This document shows, piece by piece, positions 21,309 through 31,847 of a stretch of 39,591 nucleotides of DNA; the first letter of the stretch is position 1, and each line of letters opens with the position of its first letter. The notes beneath the pieces were generated by a model, which worked only from the letters and a program-made list of their open reading frames with translations, made no database searches and had not been told where the DNA came from. The stretch comes from Thraustochytrium aureum (Eukaryota), in assembly GCA_012862495.1 (NCBI GenBank), contig BLSG01000216.1, positions 436,814-476,404 of the forward strand, written 5' to 3'. The position numbers and the translations under genes were made by a program.

Positions 21309-21995
21309 TTGTGTTGCTCAGAGCACACTGCACCTTCGGGGATCCAGTTCGCGACGACTTTGACCGCCGTCCCTGTGTACGACCCCATCACCGGAACTAC
21401 GATGTTCGTACAAGCCCCAGTCATGGGTTTTCACGGGTCTGGCGCTATGGTGCCGCCCAGCGCGGGCCTCTTTCCGCTCTATCCCCATCAGTCGGCGCTT
21501 TTGCCTCAGCAGCACCTCGCGGCGGTTCCTGTGCGTGCTCCGCTCGCCGGCTACCCTCAATTGGCCTTTCATGAGGACGCGACGTTGCAAAGCAGCCCGT
21601 GGTTCGGGCAACCGACCGGCCTGGGCTTTGACGTGCAGAGTGGGCCGATTGCGAGTCCAATGCACCACGCGTACGGGTTAAGTGACCAAGTCGCAGCCTT
21701 TGGGGTTCCCTTCGCAACCGGGACATCGCTGCAACCCCAGCTGCACCGCCAAGTTATGGACAGTAGTGCTGTAGGGGCCTACATGGTTCCGGGGGGGCAC
21801 AGAATGCACCAGAACACAAGCGCCCTGCAGGACTATAGCATTGTTGCGGGTGCGACTGGCTCTGCGAACCTGCGCCTAAACGACGACCCGATGTCGCTAA
21901 AGCGCTCGGTGCCATTTGCAAGTGACAGCGACGAGGACGATGTGTACCCTCACTTTCCAACTGCAAGGGACAAGCGGCCGCGCACGCAGAGATGA
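21309..21995 (+). CDS. Probable last exon of a hypothetical protein (P/Q/A/S-rich, acidic patch, terminal basic NLS-like motif); upstream part probably in gap 20426-21212
   Basis: 228-codon open frame with protein-like composition, SDSDEDD and KRPRTQR. A GTAAGT donor lies at 21219, with candidate acceptors ending at 21321 or 21347. No recognisable domain. Confidence 0.45.
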   Translation: MCCSEHTAPSGIQFATTLTAVPVYDPITGTTMFVQAPVMGFHGSGAMVPPSAGLFPLYPHQSALLPQQHLAAVPVRAPLAGYPQLAFHEDATLQSSPWFGQPTGLGFDVQSGPIASPMHHAYGLSDQVAAFGVPFATGTSLQPQLHRQVMDSSAVGAYMVPGGHRMHQNTSALQDYSIVAGATGSANLRLNDDPMSLKRSVPFASDSDEDDVYPHFPTARDKRPRTQR

Positions 21996-24387
21996 TGGGT
22001 GCTCTGCTGCTTGTGTCGCGTCCCTCGTGGTCTCCGTTTTAACCTCGCTTGGTGTCTCGCAATGGTGAACAGCGCCGTTCAGTGAATTGCCAACACTGAG
22101 CCCCACACTCTTACAAGTCTCCATGCGCTGCTTGGCGAAGTGAGCAGCCAAGAAAGGGACACACATTCTTTTAGTTAAGGGCCGCGTTTTCTGAAGCGCA
22201 CGCAGGACGGGTTTTCGCCGCTCACTCACCCCCTCGACATCAGCCCCCGGCAATGCGGCCATTCCGCCAGCCCGTCGCGACTTCCTAGGGAGTCCCATCC
22301 CTCCAACTGGCGCTTTCTCAAAGGCGTGATGGCTGAATTGCCTCGCTCCAGCTCGTGCGGCCGGCCCTGAGCCAGCGCCTGTGCAGCGAGGGCCGCCTCG
22401 CCGGGCCTCTGCCGAGAGCGAGACTGCGTTGTTCCGCACTCCGAGCATTTGTCAAATCTCTGCAAGAGCGCTCCAGCAGCCAGCCCCTTCCTGAGAGAGT
22501 GCCAACCCACGCACATAGAAACAAGGGTGGCCAGGGATTGCTCAAACCAAGCCCTGGCTCCGCGTCTGCGCGTGAGACAGCGGGGCGCGGATCGTCCGCC
22601 TTGCACGCGCACTGCGCATCTGCACAGCACGTTCGACTCCCGACGGCCGGTCTTTTCTCATGGCTCTCGCCGCGTCGGGCTCCGCGTGTGGCTTCGAGTC
22701 CTTCGACCTGCACCCAAATCGTTTCGCGCTGGTCGATCACACGACATTGATTTCACGACTCTGGCGATCTCGAGCTCGCGCGCAGTGGACGCGTTGCCAA
22801 CAGGAGGTTTTCTGGGCTGCGCTCCCGCGCGCCCTATCAACGCCCCTCGCCCTTCCGCCCACGCGCGCAAACCATGATGTCATGCGCCTGGATTGCTGCG
22901 CGCCAGCCGTGCGGCGGATTTTCGTCTGAAGGCGGTGTGACGGGTGGGCGGCTTGGCCGATTTCCAGGTTCCAGGTCACAGCTCGCGACGCAGCCGTGGG
23001 CCAGCGATCACAAGCGCCGCCCGGGCGACGCCGTTTGCGTCTCGCCCTCGCCGTTTGTCCCCGCGNNNNNNNNNNNNNNNNNNNNNNNNNNNNNNNNNNN
23101 NNNNNNNNNNNNNNNNNNNNNNNNNNNNNNNNNNNNNNNNNNNNNNNNNNNNNNNNNNNNNNNNNNNNNNNNNNNNNNNNNNNNNNNNNNNNNNNNNNNN
23201 NNNNNNNNNNNNCGCCGTTTGTCCCCGCGCCGTCGCCCCGTCGTCTGCCTTGTCTCCGCCGGCGCGAGACCTTCTCGTTGTCGCCATCCTTCGCCTTGTA
23301 AGTTTGCCTTTCCTTGCGACTCCCGAGCACTGCAACTTGCGCCGTGACGACTCTTGCGCGAACTTCGCCGCCAGAAATGCGCAGGCGCAGCCCTTCGAGT
23401 CCCGCTGCGGCTCCGGGCCACGACGTCGACACCGTTGCTGTCAAGGCAGCAGCAGGGGTCGCAGGTGCAGCTCCTCTGCAGCGTGCGACCGAACTCGCTT
23501 TGCGACACCGCGTTGCGACACCGATCCGGAGTCCGGACCATTGATGCTGATGGTCCGTGTCGGACTGCCGACTCCATTGGTGCTGTGTGGCCCTTGATCC
23601 GCCTCACAAGAGTGGCAACAGACTGTTGAGGGACGCCTGTTGAGGAAGGGTGCCCGAGCAACTTGAAGTCGGTCCGACTCGGGGCGTTGTGGAGTGGTTG
23701 GGTGTTGTTCCTCTGCGCTCAGTAGGCTAGCTAAAGAGCGGTGCGACCTCAAAAGAAACGAGAGAGAGACGGCACTGCCCAAGCTTTGATTTCAAGAGCA
23801 GGACAGGCATCTTTCTGAATTCTGATTCTGAATCTGAACTCTGCGCTGTTCTGCATTCTTTCTGCTCGTGGGGCTTGTGCAGTCGGCCAGCCTGAGTTCT
23901 GAATTCTGAACCTCGCCAACTCCTCTCCGGGGGAACACCTCAACGGACGGGGAGGTTCAAGATTTGTACATCTTGAATTTTACGAGTTCCCGAGCAGGTT
24001 GGAAGGGGTACCGGTATCTTTGGTAGAGCGAACACAGAAAGGTGCGCGTTACTATTCCCGAGAGGGCCAACTTGAAGGAGAAGGGGGAAAAAACCAAACC
24101 GAGGCCGCAGAGAGGCGCAGGACGAAAATCGGTTCATGCAGGCTGAGGCAAGCGCAAGAGGCGGGGAAACCAGACAGTCGTCGGTGAAGTCGAGGTTACC
24201 CCGAGCCAAACCACCAGACCGACTCGCTGAGCAGGCGCTGCGTTGCGAGTCGCGCGAACCAACCAGCAGGGCGCGAGTGCGCGAGAGGAGCTGTTCCGCG
24301 GCGCGCAGAGGCCGAGGAGCAGCAGCGCGCGACTGGCGGGAGGGAGCCCCTTCTCCAACGGCTCCGCCCCCGCGCCCGCCTTGCTCT

Positions 24388-24480
24388 GCGGCTTGGCTGG
24401 CTTGCTTGCGGCGAGGCTTGCTTGCGGCTTGGCTGGCTTGCTTGCGGCGAGGCTTGCTTGCGGCGAGGCTTGCTTGCTTC
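24388..24480. repeat. Imperfect GC-rich minisatellite (GCTT/GCGGCGAG units) upstream of the zinc-finger gene
   Basis: gcggcttggctggcttgcttgcggcgaggcttgctt x2 plus a partial unit. Confidence 0.85.
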
Positions 24481-24523
24481 CGCGGGGCTGAGCGTGGCTG
24501 GGCGGGGCCTGGCGGGCGCCGGG

Positions 24524-25639
24524 ATGGACGAGGCAGACCACGGCGACGCGGGCGACGCCGGCCTGACGTGCCACGTGCCGGGGTGCAGCAATAATGTGAC
24601 GCCCGGGGGAGATACGTGCAGGACGCACGGGGGCCGCAAAAGGTGCTCCGAAGAAGGGTGCAAAAAGTTTGCGCAGGCGCCGACCTTGCAGTGCAAGTCG
24701 CACGGCGGTGGGTATCGGTGTCAGTTTCCAAAGTGCCACAAGTCGGCGGCGAGCAGCGTGTACCGCTGCGCGGCTCACGCTGCGGACATCTCTCACGTCC
24801 AGGCGGTCCAGCCCTCCTGCCTTCGCGCTTGCCAAGTTGACGACTGCCAAGAACGCAGCAAGATCGTCGCCTATCTGTGCAAGACGCACGGCGGGGGCAA
24901 GCGCTGCATCGTCAAGGGTTGCGCCCGTTCCGCATGCGGCCGTACAAACCTGTGCGTCGCCCACGGGGGCGGAAGGAGGTGCATGAACCCGGACTGCTCA
25001 AAGTCCGCTGTCGGGTCCACCGCGTACTGCGTCCAGCACGGTGGAGGACGCAGGTGCGCAGTTGATCAGTGCACGCGCAGCGCGAGGAGCGGCACGCAGT
25101 ATTGCCAGGCGCATCGGCGTCAGGAGGAGCTCGGCCTTCCCAAGAGGTCACACGTCCCATCTCGGCCGCGCCGCGCCGTCGTCGGAGGCGGGGCGCAACC
25201 TCTCATCTACACGCATGCGCTGCCGGTGATGGAGCCAGGCAAGGCTTTATCGCTCCCGCCGGCTCCACCAGGCTATGTCGCGGTCGTCAGCCACGTGCCA
25301 GCCTCCCTTTTCCCGCCGAACGCGGCTCAAGTAGCCCAGGTGCACCTCGACCCGTCGACGGGGACCGTAACATTTCCTTCTGGAGAGACGGTCCCCGCGA
25401 GCGCCCTGGGAGTGCCCATCGCGTACGAGACGGAGCAGCAAGGGCCCGATTCCCCGTCGCAACACGACGACGCAGCCCAGGCGCAGCAGGCCCCAAGCCA
25501 GGAGAACTCGCTCGACAGGCATTCCAGTGCGGCCTCCAGGGCGTCCAATCAGGAGACTCGCGGAGCACCGAGCGAGGCGCCATCCGAGGCGATCGGGCAC
25601 GACATCCACGCTGCCCACCGGCCCGAGGCGCACGCCTGA
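24524..25639 (+). CDS. WRKY19-like zinc-finger repeat protein (C-x4-C-x10-C-x2-H-GGG repeats) with P/A/Q-rich C-terminus
   Basis: Seven C-x4-C...C-x2-H units, e.g. CIVKGCARSACGRTNLCVAHGGGRRCMNPDCSKSAVGSTAYCVQHGGGRRC. ATG at 24524. This repeat is common in stramenopiles and plants. Confidence 0.88.
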   Translation: MDEADHGDAGDAGLTCHVPGCSNNVTPGGDTCRTHGGRKRCSEEGCKKFAQAPTLQCKSHGGGYRCQFPKCHKSAASSVYRCAAHAADISHVQAVQPSCLRACQVDDCQERSKIVAYLCKTHGGGKRCIVKGCARSACGRTNLCVAHGGGRRCMNPDCSKSAVGSTAYCVQHGGGRRCAVDQCTRSARSGTQYCQAHRRQEELGLPKRSHVPSRPRRAVVGGGAQPLIYTHALPVMEPGKALSLPPAPPGYVAVVSHVPASLFPPNAAQVAQVHLDPSTGTVTFPSGETVPASALGVPIAYETEQQGPDSPSQHDDAAQAQQAPSQENSLDRHSSAASRASNQETRGAPSEAPSEAIGHDIHAAHRPEAHA

Positions 25640-26256
25640 CATGCTAGAGGCGTGCACAAGCGCCAGAGCCTGTTTTGCAACAGGCGGCGGGGCGATAGCT
25701 CCCGGACTAACAGTAAACACATCTCTTCGAACCCGCCGCTTGGCGTCAGGGTCGTTCTTCCGAAAATGCTGCCCGGAGCCGGGGGCTCTTATCTTTATAA
25801 ATNNNNNNNNNNNNNNNNNNNNNNNNNNNNNNNNNNNNNNNNNNNNNNNNNNNNNNNNNNNNNNNNNNNNNNNNNNNNNNNNNNNNNNNNNNNNNNNNNN
25901 NNNNNNNNNNNNNNNNNNNNNNNNNNNNNNNNNNNNNNNNNNNNNNNNNNNNNNNNNNNNNNNNNNNNNNNNNNNNNNNNNNNNNNNNNNNNNNNNNNNN
26001 NNNNNNNNNNNNNNNNNNNNNNNNNNNNNNNNNNNNNNNNNNNNNNNNNNNNNNNNNNNNNNNNNNNNNNNNNNNNNNNNNNNNNNNNNNNNNNNNNNNN
26101 NNNNNNNNNNNNNNNNNNNNNNNNNNNNNNNNNNNNNNNNNNNNNNNNNNNNNNNNNNNNNNNNNNNNNNNNNNNNNNNNNNNNNNNNNNNNNNNNNNNN
26201 NNNNNNNNNNNNNNNNNNNNNNNNNNNNNNNNNNNNNNNNNNNNNNNNNNNNNNNN

Positions 26257-27916
26257 CGCGGTTTAGCAGGTTGAAAACTCCAGAGCGCGCTCAGCTAGAC
26301 GGTCCCCCGTCGCCGCTTCAGTGTACAGCTCGCTCATAAGCGCGACGTCCTCTGCGGTGCAGTCCTTCAGCTGGGTGAACGAGCAGGATGGGCCCGTGTG
26401 CGCCGAGGAGGCGGCCGGCCGCGCCGTGCAAAAGCCGCGCGTGGACGCTCTCTTGGCGGCCACGCGGCGGACCGAGACGCGGAACCTGTTCCCGACGTCC
26501 TCAACGTAGCAGCCGCGCAAGTAGCGCGAAACTGTGCGCAGATCAGGGCCGTCGCCCTTGCAGTCGACGGTCAGCGGCCGCTTGCTCGGGTCCGCGTCCT
26601 CCTGCGGCGACGCCTCGGCCACAAACTCGGACCGCCCGTGCAGGAGGCGGGTGTTGGAAAAGACGAGCATGTCACCTGGTGCCAGCTTGAAATTAATCAG
26701 CTTGCTCGGGCTGTACAACTCGGCGATGAACTTGCTCTTCGCCCGGTAGAACCGCTCTGTCTCGTCGATGGAGGCGGCAATTGGCGTGGCGTCGAGGCGC
26801 CCGCTGAAAAACACCCGCTCCACACGCCCAGTGCGTCCAAGATTGATCATGGGCCTGGTCTGTGACGAGCTCGTTCGTTTCATCTGCGTAGCGAAACCTC
26901 ACCGGAGTCTCGCACAGGATATCAAACGCCTCTGGGTCGCTCAGCCGCAGCGCTTGCGCCGCGCCGGCGCCGTCGGAGAGCGTGGACTCGCCGCCCACCG
27001 CGCTCTGCTTGAGACACTGCAGCACCTGGTACAGGAGCGGGTTTTCGTTGTATGGCCCATCCGTGTGCAGCGGAATGCCCAAGCTCGAGTACGCCGCGTC
27101 GACCAGCGATGCCCCTTCCTCTGCAGTAGCCTCGGGCTTGGCGACCACCTCGAACCAGCGCCCCCAGTTTGTCTGGCGCAGCGAGCTCCATTGCTGAAGG
27201 AAGGTCTGGTACTGCGCGAACGGGCCGGGCGAGTCCTTGACAAGGGCCGCACCGTACACGAGCAGGTCATGCTGGAAGGCGTACATGCCTTCCACGCTCG
27301 CAGCAAGGTCGGCGTAGCGGTGGGTCACCGTGTCGAGCGAAAAGGCGCCGCCAGTGTCCTCGCCCCAGTACTTTGGCTCGGGCGAAGCGAGCGAGACGAT
27401 GGGCGGCGCCGGCCCCGATGGGTTCGCCGAGAAGGGCTCGAACGCAAACCCGTCGCGCGCTTCGGCGAGCAGCAGCTGCAAGTCGAGCGTGTCTTCGAAT
27501 CCGTCTGTGTAGTGGACGTGCAGCTGGCCGGACTGGCTCACGACCGCCCTCTCCACGATCCCGCCCGCCTTGCCCAGCAAGTCGCTTGCTTCAAACAACC
27601 GCTGCTTCGACGGCACGTGCAAATGGTCCGGGTTTCTTGTGCGCTCACGAAGCCAGAGCGCGTGCATTTGAACCACCTCCCCGTCGCCGCACTGCAACGC
27701 GACGCCGCGTCCGTCCCCTACAACCTGTACCGCCACGCCGTTCGCCACCGTCCCGCCCTCCACCTGCGCCGTCGCAACGCCGCGTCCTCCCACAGCCCAC
27801 GCCCCTCGCCGGCCCGCCAGGCTTCGCACAGCGTCAGAACCAGCGGCTGCAGCAGCAGTAGCAGCAGTAGCGCCGCGCCACGATGCGCGAAGCATCATCC
27901 CTTTCCCACGGATCAT
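26257..27916 (-). CDS. Gamma-butyrobetaine hydroxylase-like Fe(II)/2OG dioxygenase (GBBH-N/DUF971 + TauD domain) with presequence and C-terminal extension into a probable HD-domain; frameshift near 26862, 3' end in gap
   Basis: HALWLRER...KQRLF N-domain, QTNWG, AYSSLGIPLHTDGPY (HxD), GGESTLSDG, then in the second frame FSGRLD, LAPGDMLVFSNTRLLHGRSEF (distal His) and RYLRGCY (2OG Arg). ATGs at 27916, 27898 and 27895. Confidence 0.9.
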
Positions 27917-28644
27917 CACGCCACGCACGGCAGTCCGAGCTGCCACAACAGCGGCAGCCACGCGAGGCCTGGGGGCCCGGCCGCTACGCCAGGTCGACAA
28001 AAAGTTGGCCAAAGCGACCAAACGGTCCTTCCGTCCCCGCGCCGACCTCCAACGAAAGCACACGGACGCGCCCAGCNNNNNNNNNNNNNNNNNNNNNNNN
28101 NNNNNNNNNNNNNNNNNNNNNNNNNNNNNNNNNNNNNNNNNNNNNNNNNNNNNNNNNNNNNNNNNNNNNNNNNNNNNNNNNNNNNNNNNNNNNNNNNNNN
28201 NNNNNNNNNNNNNNNNNNNNNNNNNNNNNNNNNNNNNNNNNNNNNNNNNNNNNNNNNNNNNNNNNNNNNNNNNNNNNNNNNNNNNNNNNNNNNNNNNNNN
28301 NNNNNNNNNNNNNNNNNNNNNNNNNNNNNNNNNNNNNNNNNNNNNNNNNNNNNNNNNNNNNNNNNNNNNNNNNNNNNNNNNNNNNNNNNNNNNNNNNNNN
28401 NNNNNNNNNNNNNNNNNNNNNNNNNNNNNNNNNNNNNNNNNNNNNNNNNNNNNNNNNNNNNNNNNNNNNNNNNNNNNNNNNNNNNNNNNNNNNNNNNNNN
28501 NNNNNNNNNNNNNNNNNNNNNNNNNNNNNNNNNNNNNNNNNNNNNNNNNNNNNNNNNNNNNNNNNNNNNNNNNNNNNNNNNNNNNNNNNNNNNNNNNNNN
28601 NNNNNNNNNNNNNNNNNNNNNNNNNNNNNNNNNNNNNNNNNNNC

Positions 28645-29652
28645 TACCAGACGCTTGACGGGTCAGACGGCAAGCAAGCGCGCCGCACCAAGTCGGGGAG
28701 CGCGCTCGGCGAGCTCATGGACCACGGCGTCGACGCCGTCGTGACCACGCTCCTGGCCTTGCTCGTGGCGGACGTCTTCCGCTTCGGCATCCTTTCCGTG
28801 TGGCCCTGGACTTTCGTCGCCGTTGCCCTGCTCAGTTTTTTTCTGAGCAACATGACCCTCGTTCACTCTGGGCGTCAGGTTTTCTTCGACCTCGACGTGA
28901 TGGAGATTCAGACGACCATGATCCTCACACTCCTCGGCGCGGCAGTTGGCGGAACGGAGATGTTCGACCAAGTGTCGATTCCGCTCCCCTCTGCGCTGCA
29001 CGGCGTCAAGACGGACCTGTGGGGCATGCTCCAGCCCGGCGAGGAGGTTGACTTTACCGGCGGGACGATGTCGCTCAAGCTCTTTGTGGTGATTGGCGGC
29101 CTGGGCGGCTGCTTGTTCAACTACCCGCAGTACATCTTCCACTCTGCGCGGCCGTACCTGCTCTTGAAGCCCGAGGACCGCCCGGAGCACATCAAGAAGG
29201 GCGTGCCAGGGTCGGGGTTTGCAGCGCTCGTGCTGCATCTCGTTCTGATCCACTCGTTCTTCGCCCTTTGCGCCACCAGCGTGTACTACGGGACCAGGCT
29301 AGCCACGCCGGCGCGCTCGGAGTCTGCCATGCGCGCGTTCGCCGTGCTGGTGGCCTTTTGCTTCGGAGACCTGATGGACCGCGTCCTGCTTATGCGAGTC
29401 GCGCACGAGCCACTGCCAGTCGTCCCCAAGGGTCTGGTGCCTCTCCTCGCGTTTGCGGTTCTCGCCGCCTTCGACGCGAACGTAGAAAAGTTTGAGGGCT
29501 CCAACCAGCTCTTGTCGAGGGTGGCCTGGTGGAACGTGCTCGCGTTCCTGGCGTGGGTGCAACACCACGCGTACTTTGCGCGGTCGGTTATGTCTCTCGC
29601 CTCTGCGCTGGGGATCCACCCGTTCAAGATCCGCGCCACAAAAGACGAGTAG
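28645..29652 (+). CDS. CDP-alcohol phosphatidyltransferase, choline/ethanolamine phosphotransferase (CEPT/EPT) type; 5' part in gap 28077-28643
   Basis: [30 protein letters not shown] is the complete D-x2-DG-x2-AR-x8-G-x3-D-x3-D motif. Multiple TM helices follow, and the C-terminus LGIHPFKI is typical of CEPT1/AAPT. Confidence 0.92.
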   Translation, partial: YQTLDGSDGKQARRTKSGSALGELMDHGVDAVVTTLLALLVADVFRFGILSVWPWTFVAVALLSFFLSNMTLVHSGRQVFFDLDVMEIQTTMILTLLGAAVGGTEMFDQVSIPLPSALHGVKTDLWGMLQPGEEVDFTGGTMSLKLFVVIGGLGGCLFNYPQYIFHSARPYLLLKPEDRPEHIKKGVPGSGFAALVLHLVLIHSFFALCATSVYYGTRLATPARSESAMRAFAVLVAFCFGDLMDRVLLMRVAHEPLPVVPKGLVPLLAFAVLAAFDANVEKFEGSNQLLSRVAWWNVLAFLAWVQHHAYFARSVMSLASALGIHPFKIRATKDE

Positions 29653-30097
29653 ACTCCAGCTATTTGGGATGCAGCTATTTGGGATGCAGAGCAGCTCTAG
29701 AGCTAGTAGAGTGCCGGCCAAAGTAGACAGGCACTGCCGCGCATGCGAGCGAAACCACGTTGAGACCATCTGCTTTCTGGCCGCCAGCCCGGCTCGCCTC
29801 GCCTTTCGGCATTTATCCTTCATAAAATGCTGCTACCGGCTCAAACCGCTGAGGGCGCCCGCTCCCTGCTCTTCTCTTGTGCGCTTCGACGCCCATGACG
29901 GCGCTCGGAGGCTGGCTGCCTGGCCGGCTCAACACGCCCACCTCGTCGAGAACAGTCACGCCTCCAACCGGGTGCCCACGTGCACCACCGCCCCAAACCC
30001 GCACTTGTCGTCGCACTCTGCGGCCGCTCGCGCGCAAGGCCCGGCGCCAGCGGGTGCGGCTGAAGGGTCCGCTGGCCCGTCAGGGCCAGTCGGCGTC

Positions 30098-31847
30098 ATG
30101 AGCGAGGCGGGTGACTTGCACGGCGACTCTGCCATGGCGGCACCTGAACGAGAGCCCGCCAGCAGCTCCACGCAAGCGAGAACGGCAGACGAGGGGAGCG
30201 CAGAGNNNNNNNNNNNNNNNNNNNNNNNNNNNNNNNNNNNNNNNNNNNNNNNNNNNNNNNNNNNNNNNNNNNNNNNNNNNNNNNNNNNNNNNNNNNNNNN
30301 NNNNNNNNNNNNNNNNNNNNNNNNNNNNNNNNNNNNNNNNNNNNNNNNNNNNNNNNNNNNNNNNNNNNNNNNNNNNNNNNNNNNNNNNNNNNNNNNNNNN
30401 NNNNNNNNNNNNNNNNNNNNNNNNNNNNNNNNNNNNNNNNNNNNNNNNNNNNNNNNNNNNNNNNNNNNNNNNNNNNNNNNNNNNNNNNNNNNNNNNNNNN
30501 NNNNNNNNNNNNNNNNNNNNNNNNNNNNNNNNNNNNNNNNNNNNNNNNNNNNNNNNNNNNNNNNNNNNNNNNNNNNNNNNNNNNNNNNNNNNNNNNNNNN
30601 NNNNNNNNNNNNNNNNNNNNNNNNNNNNNNNNNNNNNNNNNNNNNNNNNNNNNNNNNNNNNNNNNNNNNNNNNNNNNNNNNNNNNNNNNNGTGATCCGCG
30701 CCGGACCCCGGTTTGTCATGGTGTTGCCGTGTGCGGCCCCTTGATGCTGGTTGTGTCCTCGCGGCGCGACGAGCCGGTTGGGTTTTTGCAGCTGCAGCTC
30801 GAGTTCCTCTACGCACAGATCCTCTTCCACTTCACGCTGAGCGCGTTGGAGGACGCGTTCAAGCGCAAACCGGGCTACGACCTGCGCGGGCTTCTCGGAG
30901 GGGCGCGCACCGAGCTTGAGGGCATTGTCGAGATGGCCAGCAGCTCGCCCGCGCTGATGCTGCAGGCAGTGCCTACTCTGCGGCTCCCCACGGAAGTGCG
31001 CACCGAGGCCACTAACATCCTTTTCTCGGTACGCCAGTCCAACGTCGTGTATGCAATTTTGCTCGCTGGGGACCACCTCGTGACGCACATCGCCCCCAAG
31101 CGGCACCCGCTCTTGGCATCGGATCTGCTGTTGCTGATGAACTTTGTCTCAAAGGCCAAACAGCTACGCTCCCAAGAGACGTGGACGCCGCTTTGCCTTC
31201 CGGGTTTCAACAGCACTGGGTTTCTCCACGCGTACGCGGCGTTTGTTTCGGAAGGAACTTGCCTGCTTCTCCTCAGCTCGGGCGAGTCCCTCGACCAGTT
31301 CCATTATTGCTCCGAGTCCAAGGCCAGTGTGGCCGCGCAGCTCGCGCAGACGGGGGTGGCGGCGAAGATCGAAGCCGCGGTCCGCGAGGGCCCGTTGCCG
31401 CCGCAGAACTGCGAGGGCGCTTCCTCCATCCACATGGTGTTTCGCTCCCTCAAGTACGACCAGTACTTTGAGACGGCGGTGGCTTCTCACGCGCCACTCC
31501 ACAGCGGCCAGGTCGCTCGGGCGGCGGTCTTGGCTCGGTATGCCAACGTTTCTGAGCGTCTGCATGCGTATCGCCGGCGCATCCAGCTCGTGGCTCCAAC
31601 AGACGGTGGGGCCGCAGGGCAGAAAGAGGACACGTCGTACGCGGCTGGCGTGGAGCTCGGGGAGATCTGGGACGTGCGATCCACCGAGGCCGTGCTCGCG
31701 GTGCTGAGTCCGCCCAATTTTGAAGCGTACGCCTCGTTCCACAGCTTTACTTCGGCGACGCAGGCGATGTCGTGTTTGACGCGGTTTGCGGCGTGGGCGA
31801 GGGGCGCCAAACACGACCTGTTTGTCGTTAAGCCCCCGACGTGGTAG
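30098..31847 (+). CDS. MON1: Vacuolar fusion protein Mon1/SAND (Rab7 GEF subunit); N gap 30206-30690
   Basis: QLEFLYAQIL...FKRKPGYDLRGLLGG, HPLLASDLLLLMNFV and ETWTPLCLPGFNSTGFLHAY are Mon1 hallmark segments. Probable ATG at 30098 before the gap. Confidence 0.9.

Noticed and set aside
20066..21574. Long ORFs spanning N runs (also 7356-8402, 17196-18321, 25527-26339)
   Set aside because: Their length is an artefact of N codons, and the flanking translations are not protein-like.
24524..25639. Calling the zinc-finger protein a WRKY transcription factor
   Set aside because: There is no WRKYGQK domain. Only the Cys/His repeat that attracts 'WRKY19' annotations is present.
428..26864. Frameshifts in tyrosinase (428-430), ALS (5331-5333) and the dioxygenase (~26862, 26274-26277) as pseudogenes or programmed frameshifting
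   Set aside because: Each is repaired by one base, three of the four lie in homopolymer runs, the catalytic motifs are intact and ALS is normally essential. Sequencing error is the simplest explanation; raw reads would settle it.
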